A DNA stretch of 64,000 nucleotides from Phoronis australis (lineage: Eukaryota > Animalia > Phoronida), in the NCBI GenBank assembly GCA_002633005.1, contig NMRA01000022.1:238056-302055 (forward strand), given 5' to 3'. Positions 26,158-40,797 of this stretch are shown piece after piece. The position numbers and the translations under genes were made by a program. Under the pieces are notes generated by a model. That model ran no database searches and was not told the origin of the DNA. It saw only the letters and a list, made by a program, of their open reading frames with translations. Within the stretch, counting starts at the first letter, position 1. Every line of letters begins with the position of its first letter.

Positions 26158-29100
26158 CAAAGTTTCTTGTTTTAATAGTTTGAAAGTAAATATGTTATTC
26201 CAGATTAAATAGTGTAAATTTGCTCTGGCTTCTCATTTGCCATCTATTCGTTGACTTTACTATTTAATATTTATTTAAACTCGCTTTAAGTTCTGTAGTT
26301 TTCATTTCTCTGCCATAGTGTCTCCAAGACTTCATCACCCCCCCTTGGATTTGTAAGATTTTGCTGCACTTTTAAGGTTGCTGTCTTGTGCTGTTGGCTT
26401 TCATTCTTTCAGTTTTTGCTAATAAGGGTGCTTCAAACCATCTTTTGTTACTAAGAAAAACTTAGGTTAAAGGCTATCTTCTTGGGGGCTGATACTCGAC
26501 CCAACATTTTCTTGTTTGTTATATGTACTCAAAAGGGACATCCCTGATTGTTTCTCAGCTTCACAGTCCCATCAGAAATAATGCGAGGGGGGGGAATGTT
26601 GCCCCCGGAGGCAGATTTCTCTTTCAATTTACTTCGCAGCTTTCACGATATGCGTTGTCAAGACCAGATTGCTTTGTTAAGATTTGGACAGTTTTATATT
26701 TTTGAAAGCAGTTACGGCCTTTTTTGAGATAATGGTTTCTGCATCGTTTAAGAGCAACTGCAAATAAGTACAGTAGCTGCTAAAAGTAATAATATGAAAT
26801 ATCTTGTACTGGTCATTTTGTCTGTTAATTTTTGGTTTGATTTGGTTTGTGCTCTGTACTCAAAACTACATTTCTGTAGTGTTTAACTGCCAAAAAACGA
26901 AAAGAAAATGAAGCCCATGAAACTCGTAAAATCAATTTCATGTTGACTTTCCATGGTGATTCCCACTAGAAATGAGAACATCAGCGCTATCAGCTTCAAA
27001 GCTTTTTGTGGTTAGACGCTAAAATTGTGAATTCGAAAATGGTACATTTGCGCTCCTTTGACTTGAGTTGTTGTCTGATTGTATAGTAATTCAGTATCGG
27101 GTAAATGTAGGTTTTAAACCCAAAGCGCTTGGGTTTAGAGTCCCAACATTGACAACTAAACAGTGCCAAAATGCACCTTTAATTGTTATCCTAATAATTT
27201 TGAATTGCATTGCATGGTTTATCGTTTCCAACCTTTCCAGTCTTGGATTTAGAAGTAACCGACGGGCAGATTCACCAGAACTGTAGGCAGTGTCATACAG
27301 CATGGTACAGTCTCACCAATATTGGATGATAATAATTACCTAAATTACCCTTTTTGTATTTTTTCAAGGGCTTCTAACATTGGTTTGAATGCCCACGTTT
27401 TTCAAAATATTCTCTGTTGGCAGCTATGTTACAGATTTTGAGCATAGTATGCTCCATGCTGTTTATAAAAAAGAATAACTCGTCATCCGTATTGTGTTTG
27501 AAATTGACGAGATGGTATCGCGCAGGAGTTTCTGGTATTTACTTGATATACCAATGAATACAAAGCTATGCCATTTTCAAAGCCTGACTCGCTATGTATT
27601 CCCACAAGTCGATATTTTTACGAGTCTCAATAGGTGAAACATGACACTGCACTCTCTGGGCCTTCCATTGTTATGTATTGTTGGCCTATGTAACACGAGC
27701 TGATCTCAATTAAGGTGTTGTGTAAAGAATAGTCTTCTGAATTATTGTTTATCCTGTTTGAACAAAATGCGAATAACTGAATGCCTAAAATAACTCCATG
27801 CAGCTCGATAGAAGGCAGTAACGCTGCTTTGTTTTGAATCCAACGATTGGAAGTGTTTGGCAGTTTTTATGGATTTATGCCAGGTTACGAATATTTGGTA
27901 AGATTGTCATTTGACTTGGTTTGAACACTTACTTCTATGTGCTTGTAGTACGTTTGCCGTTTCATTTTTGTCGTTGGTATCGATGGTTTTAAACCTTTGT
28001 TTACAGACATTTCTGCTCAATTACAGTATAGGTATATTACCCATTGTGTTTGGGAATTAATTGACTATTGTTTATTGGGATTTTTTTGTCAGTTAAGAAT
28101 GCGCCACTGTTTGCTTCATTTCCTCTCCATTGTTTTGGTGCTGAATTGATTTGCGTGCAGTCTCAAAGCCTTTTGCCTGTTCACCTTGACGTGGCAGTGG
28201 TTACAAGAGTCATTTGGATGAAAGTTATACTCACTAATTTATGCATTTGCAGTATCACCCCATAGGTTAGAGTTGTACCTGTGTTGTGTACCTGTCTTGT
28301 GTCCAGTAATAAACTTGGATTTAGATCACATCTCGCTATAAGTAGCCTTGGCGCAAAGCTGTATACTAAAGTTTGACTACAGTCTTCATACAGCTAGCTG
28401 GCTGGCTACCTACTAAACTGATGTCAACTTGGTTTTTTTGATTACAAAGGAGTTGTGGTTTTGGGAGGATCTGACATTTTATTATTGCTCAAGACCATAC
28501 TCTCTCAGAATGCTGGCTCATTTTATTGGGCTGAAAGCATTATGGCCAATGTACACCACCCACTACACCACCTAGTGGTTGGTATTAAAACCGTCATATT
28601 TGGCATGTCATATACCAAACTGTCATTTATCGGGTCACGTGACGACATCTTTAGCAAGAAATATCAAGAACATGATCAAATTTCTTTATGTATGTGAAAT
28701 CTAGAAACGCTGTTGCACTTTTCTTAAGTAATTCGTTTTTGTTTTACGTATGCGACGTTTGAGTTATCTCATGAAAGCAATGTGAAAAAAGTGTTTGTTC
28801 ATTTGCCTTTGTAGTGTTGCTATTTTGTTAGAAAATGTACTTTGGGCCTATGGCCTTGAAAATAGGAAGTAAATATGTGTAAATCATGGTTGACGTAACT
28901 TGTCCCTCAGGTTCGGCAGCTGGCGGAACAGTATGTTCCACTAAGTACGTCTTAGACGGGATTTCGAGGGCTCTAGAATACACCAAATGAGACTTGGAAT
29001 TCTCAAGATTTTCTGGGGAGGCCCTCCAGTTGCCCCCACTGGAGGAAGTACCCCTCCATACCTTCCTGATTGACAATTTTGTTGGCAATTTGCGGAATTA

Positions 29101-31442
29101 ATGTGAAAAAGCTTCTGACGCCACTGTCAAGGGGATTTTGGGGTTTGGAAGAACTGACAATTAAATTGGTTGAGACCAGGCTCCACATTTTGACTTGTCA
29201 CGGCGTGCCGTATATGCCAATCAACGTCTCAAGCAATAAAGAGCCGTCACTTCTTTACTTGACCAAAAATCACGTCACCTGACTAAGGAACCAGTTGAGG
29301 TCAGTTTTACTGCAGCAGGTGGTCTACATCTTATAAGAATCAAAACTAACTTATGGTAAAAATGCTCCAGGGCAGTGGAAATTTAATTTGTTTTGTTCAA
29401 GGTCAGGGCTTGTCCCAAATTCTAAATAAAGGCACTAATAGTCCCAAATTTAAGAATCACCAGAAAGATCGCGAAATTACCCTCTCTGTACATTGAAAAC
29501 ACATTGTTTGAAATTTGGGAAATATGGTGAATGCCAAAATCACCCTTTTCCCAAATTCCAGAATCAAAAAATTCAATTTCTGGTGGGGTTTCCATGTCCC
29601 AAAGTCTAGAGACTATACCAAATTGGAGAATTTTTACCGTAGTTTCTATGTTAGAACACTGCGTCTGCTATTAAAAATTCGTGAAATGTACAGTAAAATG
29701 TATAATTTTCCTACTTTTTAACAAAAGTCCTCGTTGCCTATAAGTAGGCTTTTCTGGAACTTTTGACTCCTGCAATTTACTTTATGATATGTCAAAACAT
29801 TTGTTTGTGAGTAAAAATAGAAAAATAGGTGATTTTCTACAATTTTGTGAATGGACCATTTTCATAACTTTTTCTCACCTTTTATTTTCATTCATAAATT
29901 AATAATTAATTTTTTTTTCAGTAATTATAATAAAGTGCGTTGCCATGTTGGTATGTGTAAGCTTGATTAAAATTTGACGCAAACTTTGTGGAGATATTCC
30001 TAATCTTCCTTTTATGAAGTTATTTTGCTACGTTGCTTATTTCCAAGGTTTCTTCTGGAAAATGGCACGTTAATTAAAATGCCTGCGATTGTTTTGATTG
30101 GATTGTTGGTACAGGTAGATTCCAGTTGATTTCAAATTGAAGTCAAACTTTAGAAATCATCAATTTCTGTTCTCAGTTTTGTTTCAAGCACGCTGACTTT
30201 GTGTTATCTTTGATTGAATTTTTTGTGGAGGTGTTATTTACATGGATAGAGTTTTATTGTTGTTTTTTCGCAATGATTATCGACTGCCAATTCCCGCAAT
30301 AGTTTCTATTCACGTGTCATGTTTGCCGATGTGACTGCGTCATAGACACATTTGAACGCTCGCTCGATGTTGCATTTCCTCGGTATTGATCCCCACATTG
30401 TCCCGAGCCAGGACTCAATAGGAGTCAAGACTAACTTTGAACGGTTCCTTTGTGCTGTACACAAATAATTGCTTGTAAGACTGTGTAAACACTGGTTGTT
30501 GTATGTGGCTGGAGATGGTCGAGTGATTCCCAGAGTTGTCGCCGTGCATGGTAGCAAGGAAGTGTTCCACGTGGCTGGTTATTAACAAGTATGTCTTGTT
30601 GTTGACAGTTTAGTCTGTACATTGTTTTCAGGATAAATACATTTGATACGAATATTTTTATTTACAATTTATGAGCTTGTAAGCACCACAACTCTCTTAG
30701 TAGCCAGGTACGGTTATGCCACCAGGCACTGGGAATCTGCTTTTAAAGTCTCAACAGGTATGGGTATTACGGAATATTTACCTGTGCTATCACTGCACAC
30801 TCACAAATGAAGGGAGTTGTGAATTATCTTGTTGTTAGTGATCGTGATATCTACGAAAAGCTATCTGGTGGTAATTTTGACATGTTTAAAAATTCTTTCA
30901 AATTGGTTCCCTGTGAAGGTGTTTGTTTGTGGCATTTTTAAGTGCGTTCTATAAATATTGTTGTAAGATAGGATTGAGTGTTTGAGCCTTAATTTTGGTG
31001 TTTATTTTGTTGATTGACTTGACTCCACGATCACTTTTTTGAGTCATCACACTTAATTTTTTGACTGATTTGGATGTAGGCAACCGATTCCTAATCTGTA
31101 CCATTCATATCTATTAATATTTTGGCCCAGTCACATGGTACTGTCTTTCAATCTAAGTTCATTCAGTCTTTGTAGGGTCTCTGTTATTGTCAATTTTCTC
31201 TGTGAACTCAGTTGCAGATCTATGTGGTATTGAGAGATTGAAAGGTCTCCTAGCGCATTCTTAAAAATGACATTCCATTCACGGTTGGCCATGCGTTTAG
31301 GATGCCGAGAAGTTATATTGGAGGGATGTTGTCGACCCTATGAGAGCTAGTGACTATGGTTTTCTTTGGTTTTGAAAATTTTCTAGAAGTAATTGTCTCG
31401 AAAGAGTGCAGTTTAGATAATCAGCTCCCGTGCCCTGTTTAC

Positions 31443-32739
31443 CACGGGTGGAAAAAAACATCTCCACCGGTCTTCCAAATCAGACCGACTCACCACGAAA
31501 CAGGACCTACAACGATCAAATGCGACCGCCACACCACCAACCAGGACCGCTGGAGACTGAACATGACCGCCGGGAATTGAAAGTTGACCGCAATGACAAC
31601 CAGGCTAAGTTTTATAACAGTGTAGTCCTACACAGATCATACGGTGGGGCTATATACCTGTGCATGGTCTTATGCTGATTCATCCACTGAAATCTGTTGT
31701 GCGTTTGACATTTTAGTAAAGTCAAAAAGGGCGTTCTAGTTCTCTTGTAAAGTACTATCATCATATCTAGCCTTGGTGCATGCAGTAAAGCGTTACGCTA
31801 AATATACAGCTTTGTGCCGATGTGGGTAGAAAACTGAACAAGTAAAACTTTCACAAAATTAAGAGTTAGTAACGACACTCTTCCACGAGTAAACTAAATC
31901 ATTTATCGGCGCTCAGCAAAAATTGGCATTCTGCCGTTATTCTGCTGCTAAAAGTGTGATGCATTCTTTTGAGTCTGCTTTCAGTGGCCAGTTTCTTTTT
32001 TCCCCGATTCTTCAATCAGCTTTTTTTCTCTTCCACGTGCTTGCATACATGGCACAACAAATTTTCTCAACTGGTTTCATTTCGTTACAAGTTTTTAGTA
32101 TTTTAATACCAGCAAACCGTATGTCAGAACAAACTTTGCTGCTGCGAAGCTTCCGAAAGATGCCTCAAAATTTTAGGAAATTGCGCGTCACAGGTGCGAC
32201 AGACTTTTCTTTATTACAAAAGGCAAAGAATAACATGCGGAAAATGTCGTTTATTAGATTGTTTTTTACTCAAATGGCTGCCAGATTGTTTTTTGCTCAA
32301 ATGGCTGCAACGGGCAAGGTGAGTTGCATTTGACTCCCAGATTTTGCATGCTTCTCCGTCGTTCGTTAGGTCTACGTGTTGATACAAATTTCACGACGAA
32401 GTTATGAGTAGAACTACCGGGCTGTGGGAAATTTCGAGGTCTATTGGAGCTCAACACACAATGCTACCAAGCTGTATTTGGACGATAGTCTTAATACAGC
32501 TTGCTGGCCGCAGTATCACGCAAAGGCATTGATAACTATACTTTGTCTGGCAGTCATGTTCGGTCTCCAGCTGTCCTGTTTTGTGGTGGGGTGGTCATGT
32601 TCTTATCTGAATCAGTCCCATTTTCTGGTGTGGCGGTCCCATTTGATCCCTGTAGGTCTTGTTTTGTGGTGAGTCGGTCTGATTTTGAGGACCGGCAGTC
32701 TTGTTATGCATCCCGCGGTCATGTTGTTTCTCACCCATG
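31443..32739. mobile_element. non-autonomous DNA transposon with long (~140-190 bp) imperfect TIRs starting CACGGGTG
   Basis: 31443-31580 is the reverse complement of ~32547-32739 (aaatcagaccgactcaccac / gtggtgagtcggtctgattt); flanks tttac / tttat. Confidence 0.75.
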
Positions 32740-33049
32740 TTTATGATAATTGTTCCTTTGATGACAACACCGGCACCATGCATTACCCTACAATACATTT
32801 TTGACTGGTGTTGTTGAGGTCATGACAACACTGGCATTGTGTATATGAGGTCATGCCAACAACTACAGTAAATCGGCACCTATTTTAAGCAGACAACATG
32901 GTGGAAATGTCTTTTTCTGCAAGACTTTTCAACGGAAATAATTTGTTCATCATGACACGATATAGCATAAGTGAGTTTTATTTTGTCAAATGCACAACAT
33001 TGTCACTAATCGGTAGTTAGATATGTCCAAAAAGTCCCTGATGTTGTCT

Positions 33050-33186
33050 CATTCATGACAGGAACGTGTGTGCTCAATTTCATCAACATTCGTCAAGGGT
33101 GTTTGAGATACAGCAGCTGAAGCCATGCCTACAGACAGGGATGACCACATAATGCACCCACCTACATACGTGTGGGCGCATAAAAA
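33050..33186 (-). mobile_element. 5' terminal fragment of the same HINE family
   Basis: aatgcacccacctacatacgtgtgggcgcataaaaa terminal hairpin. Confidence 0.6.
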
Positions 33187-36100
33187 TGGTCAAAACATAA
33201 ACATTGAAAGTGATAAAAAATGTTGAAGTTTGGGTACACATCGTTTGGCAAGTTGACCTTGAACAAAAATCCTCCTATATGCCAAGTGAAGCAGAAAGGG
33301 ATGAACTCAGCACCTGCAATCTGATGTGGTTGTATTTGGTGACAGCTCAAATAAAACATTGTGTGGAATCCCAGTTTATGCTTAAGTCAGTAAGTCCTGG
33401 GGGGGGGGGCTGCTGACTTAGAGTTGAGTGACAAGATACGCAATTCATATTTCTAAGTTATGGAGCCTTCTTTTAACTATGTGCTTTGTGTTTCAACTAG
33501 GAACCTAGGTTGCAAGCAATGTAAAAACTTAAAAAAGAAAAAGCGACTCAACACTTTTTGTGGTAAATATGAAATTTTCAACTTAGGCAGCGTAATTTTC
33601 AGCGTGTAACGTATAAATGTTACCCCTGTTGTTATAGAACTTTCATTCAGTTGCCATGCAGGCATTTAGACAAATAATGAAAAGACCATTAAGACAACTT
33701 CCTGCTAAGACTCATTAAAGTTGAAAACCCTCTGCAGAGAAGCATCTAAGGGCTGTTCTAAATAACATGTAATGTTAAGCACACAGTCTTATATCAATGA
33801 CGGACCTGATTTTAATGCGATTAGGGAGTGAAAAGGATCAAGTAGGGAATCGCATCAATTGCTGAGTGAGGAGACTATTTTTATCAACAGCTTGGTAGTT
33901 ATGCCAAGCTACAGAGACCAGTCTGTAATCTTCATCACAAAAATAATATTGTCCATATCTGCCGTGTTTCTAATTGTCCAAGGCTGTCAACTGTGTTACA
34001 TATGATAAAATTTTGTAAAATGTTGGTTAATGACTTAATTTTGAGACAAAAATAATGCTGTAAAATCACAATCTTTCTAGTTTTCAATCTTACAATATTT
34101 CTTTCTGCAAGTTCTCAAACTGCTATCACATGCTCTTTGGTTTCTTCTAACTGTGCCACCTACACAACATAAAGACAACTAAGTAAAACATGTTATTGTT
34201 GCTAAAATAAGCCAGTTCTAAATTGCGACTCCTTCAACTGTATCTTTTTCCGCCAGAAGAAACGATCGAAAACTGTGGTACTCTGGTACTCTGGTATATT
34301 CGTTTCTAAACAGTGTACAAGTACAAACGAGGTCAGTAGGTTAACTTTTGATGTCCATTTCAAGTCACTGCATTAAATTTACAGCTAACGTACTATTGAT
34401 AAAATATGGTAGAGGGAATGAGACATTTGTGTGGAACATGGTGATATTCCTGTATTAACCGCCGACTTTTTTCATTGACCGCATTTTCTGTGTTCGTTAG
34501 CACCCAGTAGTGTATTGTAGTTCATTTAGGCCTTGCAACTAGTGCAGACAACATTTCGATTTGCATTATATAGGCAAATGTGCTTCAATGGGTAACTACC
34601 TTCCTGAGCTATTTACAGACAAGTTACCTGGCTACGTAATTCTTCGCCTTTTTTGCACACAATATGGCAGAGAGGCGGAATTTTATTTTTTTGGACTTCT
34701 TAACAAAAATTAATAGCATCTAAGAAAGTTTTGATCATTTGTAGATAGTTATGTCTGCCTGTCAAAATTGGAAAAATGACAATTTTGGGAAATTTTTGTG
34801 TGTAATAAGTGAAGAACTTTGAACGTTTATTTGTTTTACTGTTTGACTTTTGTTTGCTTGTGGTTATTTGATGAATTATGAGGAGGTGATATTAGGCCAT
34901 CAGTTACAGTCGACATATCTCTTCAGGAGTATTCTTACCATTGTCCATAGATGGCGTTGGCGATGTTCACCTCTGGGTTGTTGGTTGCCACTGAAGAAAG
35001 AACCTTACTACAAATTCTTCTACAGTAGATTGCTGATATAACTTGAATCACCGAATCTTTTACTTTTTGCGTATTCTCTGAAGTCTCCAAAAGTCATCAA
35101 CCATCACAAATTTACATATAAAACGTTTTCAAATTGGTGTCAAACAAACTGTAAACACACCTTTCAACAAATGTATAATGAACCAGTGTTTTACTTTACT
35201 TATGATATTGTTATTATTTACTTATTTCTATTGTAGTTTGAGGTGCGGATTGTTTTAAAAGGCTTGACCTGTGGTAAGATCTGGTGATGAAATCCACTAA
35301 AAGTTTACAACCACCCTCTCAACTTTATTTCTTTTTTTCAGTCGTCATGGTTATTCATTCTTTAAGAACTAAGTTAACTGAATTAGTTTAGGAATCCAAT
35401 TGACATCCGTTTGATCAAAAACCAATTACATCACCGCAGGGCCATCACATCAGTCATGCAATTGGCAATCATTTGTCTATGTGGTGACATCTGGGAAACC
35501 CAAGTTCAGGAGGTTAGTGTTAGCTACAAAACACATCAGACAGTTTTCTTGCACAGCACTCTACAGTTAATTGTTTTACGCATCAGGGGGGAAGATATGA
35601 GAATAGAATTAAAATCCCATTTCTAGCTCTCATGGAGGTCGAGCATCTTAGTTGAACTATGACATCTTACTGGCTATTCACTGTTCTTGTTTATTTAGTT
35701 CAGAACTTGAAAAATCAAATATGGTTATGATATTGCCTTTGAAATTAATATGAAGTTAATCGAAATTCAAGTATTGGAATGAATGGTAAGATCTTGGGGA
35801 TAGTGATGGTATCAAAATAACTTCAATATAAATGGCAAGTTCTGACCCTGTATCTGCAGATGTAATTTCTAGGTCAAACTTTTTGTCGACCAGAGATGAG
35901 AGGACCCATGCTTTTGCTTCAGAAAGAGAAATTAGAACTTTGCGTATTTTGGAAAACATATTTGTGAATGCTATGAACAGACATTGAAAGAATGTTGAAA
36001 ACGCTTCAGTTATCCATTTTCAAATTAACAAAGGTAACCTGGCAAGGTTCATTAGTGAGCGCAGATGTACATTTAAAGAGCTAAAGTGCAATTTTTATTC

Positions 36101-38026
36101 TGTTGCTTAATTTTACGATTATGTCTTATATGACAATTGTTCCCTGTAGAGTATTGCCCACAGTTATTAAATGGTCTTATAGCTAATATTTTCCCTAATC
36201 TGCAGGTGCAACAGATGCTGTGAACATTTCATAGGCCCCATATTGTGAAAATGGCTGTGAAGTCCTCTGTATCTCTACTAGTTCATACCTGTCATTAGTT
36301 ATACCTTTGGTTAAATGTTGACTCACCAGGTGTCAATTCAGTTATTGAAACGGAGAAGTTAAGAGCCCAAGACTGAATTATTAATTGAAAATATGGATAC
36401 CTGTACTTTAATGAGAGCTCAGTCTCAGTGTGAGACTTAGTCAAGGAAATTCTGTTGATTTTTCCTCGTGTTTTTGTAATTTTATGTTCTTTTATTTAGC
36501 AAATCGTGAAACTTTTTTTGGTGGGAGAACCATGAATTTCATTTAATTTCGCCTATCTCCGACGAAATACTTACTCTTGTCAAAATGGCAGAGAGGCTGC
36601 GTATTCTGAGCTGCGAAGAAAATAGCTTCTGTTTTTGCCACGTTATTCCGGAGAATGGTAGTGTCTTCTGGACGGGACATTGTGTAGAGTGTTGTTTTCT
36701 TACACACATGATGACCGCACTGACTTCGCAGCACGACAAACCGTCGGCAGCTGTCGAGATTTTTTTGACAGGCAGTACGGTGGTACATGTTTGTCAGTTG
36801 ATAGATGCTGGCAATGAAAAATTATTCCAAACTTTTGTGAATAGTACATGTTTTCTGAACAATGTTCAGTGTAGAGTCATGAGAACTTAATTGTAGATAC
36901 ACTTTTAAGTCAAGGAACTCTTTGTTACGTATCTGAGTTATCACTGCAGCATGTATTTACATAATTATTTAATTAGATATTGTCTCTACTGCAAGCGTGC
37001 TCCACCAATTAAACACCATAGAGAATGCTGAAAATTGGTGATCGAATCACTGCGAGTATTAGAGTGGTTCAAAGGTATGTAACTAGGAAAAGTATCAGCT
37101 AAACACAGCTTCACTTGGCTATTAAGCTGAAAAGTTTTCGATGTTGGGTCAATACACGAAAATTCGCAAATTTGCTTAAAAAATTGAAAAACTGGTGTCC
37201 AAAGTACTCAAACGCAGTTTTGGTGGTACACAAGTCTCTATCCAGAATTGGTGAGAGTTTACCGTGAATCGTCTTTATTTTACGGCTATTTTTAGAATAT
37301 AAGGTGTAGTTTTGACCAGCTACTGTAGATGGCATATGACAACTTTAGTGAGTATTTTTTCATTTTCACCCTCAACTTGGATAGTGAGCTTTCTTGTAAA
37401 AGAGGATGTTCACTCTGTGGTGAATTTTTCAAGTTATCAAATCTCTTTTAGTATCATTTGAGCATACAGCATAGTTTTTATCTGTCGTGGTAGTAGTCAC
37501 TATTTCTTTGGTTTAGAGATATTCTTCCATAGGTTTCACCTAATGTCGGATTGATTTTACAGTAATCTTATTTACTGTAATCATCCGGATTAATGCCAGC
37601 CGGTTTAAACTGAGATACTTAAGAATTGGGGCGGGCCTTAAGCAATAGTTTTTTGAAAATGACTTATTATAGTAACAGGTTGTACTTATGTTCTGGATTA
37701 TTAACATCAGTGCATAAAAACTTGTGCCGTGGAGCTTTATATATATAATTATCCCATACCTATTAAGTGCAATAAGGCCATGTGGTATCGTATTGTTTTC
37801 TGTATTTCTTTCCTGGGACTACTTTAACAGTGCTCTCTGTCATGGAAATTTCAAAAGGTAGGTCAATGCTGACAAATGTTGTTAGCTGGCTCATCATCAA
37901 ACTTTCATAAATTAGTTTATAGTTGCAGCAGTATAAATAACACTACAACCAGGTCACAAACATAACATGTGGTACAAAACTCTTCATAATATAACACTTC
38001 TGTCTCGGTTGTAGTTGTTGTATATA

Positions 38027-38516
38027 GGCCTTTTCATACTGACTTTACTCCGGTCTGAGTAGAGCAAAGTTAACTAAACCGTTCATTCTGACGTCGGTAG
38101 TTAACAGACTTCGAAGTAAACGGTAGGTGACTCTGTTGTCATCGAAGTTATCGCAAGGTAGCGTTGCACGCTAAGATTTTTTTAATGTCACAACTTGGGA
38201 ACATTTACCTGTGCTAATTGACATAAAACTTATTTTTAATTTGGTTGGTGATCATTAGAACAAAATGTAAGCAACTATTAGCAATGGCAATATCCTGTAA
38301 TTGTTGACGATAACAGTGGCACCTGGCGATAACTTCGATGGACTGAAGTTGACCGTTCATACTGCACCGCAGTGTTGACGCTCTGCTCTTAAGTCCACCT
38401 GTTTACTGCGAAGTTAAGTGGTGCTGGTAACTTCGATCGCGGACCGAATTTATGCGTTCATACTGACCGCAACTCCCCAAAACATCGCCGTTGTCAACAT
38501 TAGTACGACAGGCTCT
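38027..38516 (+). mobile_element. single-unit copy of the 23154-24026 MITE family
   Basis: ggccttttcatact start; shares atcgcaaggtagcg, gtgctaattgacataaaacttattt, gaccgcaactcccc. Confidence 0.7.
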
Positions 38517-38832
38517 TATGTCTGCAACTCCTGGTAACTACAGTGTCAAATATCGTTATTTAATTGTTTTTTTTGCTCAATGCTCAATTAATTGTTTTTC
38601 ATCTTATCTCTTCTCAAGTAATAGATTGTTACATTTCATTCTGTTTCCTGTAACTCCAGTGAATATGTAACCTAACGCACAAGTACATTCTCTACAGGTT
38701 GAGATCTGCCATGTGAACAGTCTTGGTGAAGTGTTTTAAAAATCTGCTGTAAAAATAGAAGAAACCAAGAGTTTGAAACGTTTGGGATAAATATGAATTC
38801 GGTCTTGATCGATACGTGGAATGATTTCTCAT

Positions 38833-38921
38833 GACACACACATGCACGAACGCACGCGCACACACATGTATATATATATGTGTATATGTATATGTATTAT
38901 ATACCGTATATGTACACACAC
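38833..38921. repeat. compound CA/TA microsatellite
   Basis: Direct inspection. Confidence 0.85.
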
Positions 38922-39087
38922 AGGTGGAAACTCCTAAAGGTTGAGTACGCTATGAACCTCTGATTTATGAGGTCATTGGCTTGCTTTAATAAAAAGTACA
39001 TTTCATGAGCTTTCAAGCTGGTATGTGTTTGGTGCTGTTAATTGGCGAAAACTATTTTTTCGCCAAGTGTATTGCTCTGTCTTCTTA

Positions 39088-40797
39088 TTTTTATGCGCCC
39101 ACATGTTTATATGTGGGAGCATATTGCTGTCATCTCTGTCTGGGTGTCCAGTGTCTGGGGCTGTATCTCCTAAACCCCTTGCAGGATCTTACTGAAATTT
39201 AACAGGTGTGTTCCTATGGGGTTGACGGCAGAGGGCGACGTGTTTCGGACTGACCCGAATACCACTGTGCCCCCTAGTGGTAATTATAGTTTTTATGTTT
39301 GCCTCTGTATCTTCAAAGGTCCTCAACCAATTTTCATGAAATTTAGCAAATAGGCATCTATTAATGAGGTGATGCTATCCTCCCGTTTTCGGATGGATTC
39401 AATGCATTTTGCGCTAACTAATGGCCATATTTACTATTTTCGGGTCCGTTTTTTGGCGTCTGCCCCATCAATCAACCAAACCACTCTAAGCATGATTATG
39501 AAAATTGGCATGTAAGTTTTACTATGGAAGAGGACAGTTGACAAAGATTTTTCGACGACTTCGACTACTGTAGCTTCTAGTGGTAGTTTTGTTTTTTGTT
39601 TTTGCGCCCATGGCTGCATCTCCTAAACGCTTTACAGGATCTTTATTAAATGTAGCAAATGTTTTTATATGAAGTTGACAATGGACGACGACGACTTTTG
39701 GGACAGATCGGAGTACTGGTGTGTCCTCTAGTGGCAATTTTAGTTTTTTATGATCACCTCTGTATCTTCAAAGGTCCTCAATGGATTTCCATAAAATGTG
39801 GCACATTGGCATCTAGGTGACGCTATCCTCTCGTTTTGGAATGGGTTCAAGGTATTTTGCACCACCTAGTGGCCATTTTTATTGTTTTCAACTTTGTTTT
39901 TTGTCGTCCGTCCCTCCGTCAACCAAACCACTCTAAGGATGATTTTGAAGACTGCCATTTATGTTCTTACTATGAAGAGGACGATTGGCAATGATTTTCC
40001 GACAACTTCGACTACTGTGGCGCCTCCTAGTGGCTTTTTTTTGCGCCAATACCTGTATCTTCTAAGCCCTCTGCAGGATCTTTATTAAATGAGCTCTTGT
40101 ATTTATATGAAGATAACAACGGAAGACGCGACTTTCAGACGGAATCAATGAACACTGCGCTCCCTTAGTGGCAATTTCCTTTTTTCTGTTTTCCTGTTTC
40201 TCTGAAGTTCCTCTACCAATTTTCATGACATGAAATTTTGGAAATAGCTTTCTTTTAAAGAAAGAGTGATATTTCCAATGAATTCGACATATTGCGCCAT
40301 CTAGTGGCCTTTTTTTATTGTTTTCTTGTCTGTTTTTGGCTTCTGCTATCTGTCAACCAAACCACTCTTTGGATGATTGTGAAAATTGGCTTATATGTTC
40401 TTAGTGTGAAGAGGACGGTTGACGATGATTTTCTGACTTCAATTACTGTGGTGCCTCCTAGTGGCAGTTTTGTTTTTTGCACCCTTAGCTGTATCTCCTA
40501 AGCCCTCTGCAGCTTCTTTAATAAATTTAGCTAGTGTATTCGTATGAAGTTGACAACAAAAGACGAAAACTTTCAGAGGGATCCGATGAGCGCTTTGCCC
40601 TCTAGTGGCAATTTCATTTTTGCCATTTTGCTCTGTTTCTCTAAAGTTCCTTGATGGATTTTCATGGAATGTGGTAAATATCTTTCTGTATTTTGCTCAA
40701 TCTAGTGGCCATTTTTATGATACTAGTAAATACCCTAGAAGCACACCGTTTGCTTTGCATTCGTGGGCACATTTCAACACTCCGCGTTGCTCTTGTT
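39088..40797 (+). mobile_element. HINE/Helentron-like element, copy 3 (longest, ~11 internal units)
   Basis: tttttatgcgcccacat...atgtgggagca 5' hairpin; 3' end cattcgtgggcacatttcaacactccgcgttgctcttgtt. Confidence 0.8.

Noticed and set aside
31923-32333. 136-aa ORF (longest in the track) as a transposase
   Set aside because: Non-ATG start, low-complexity Phe-rich sequence, no DDE motifs
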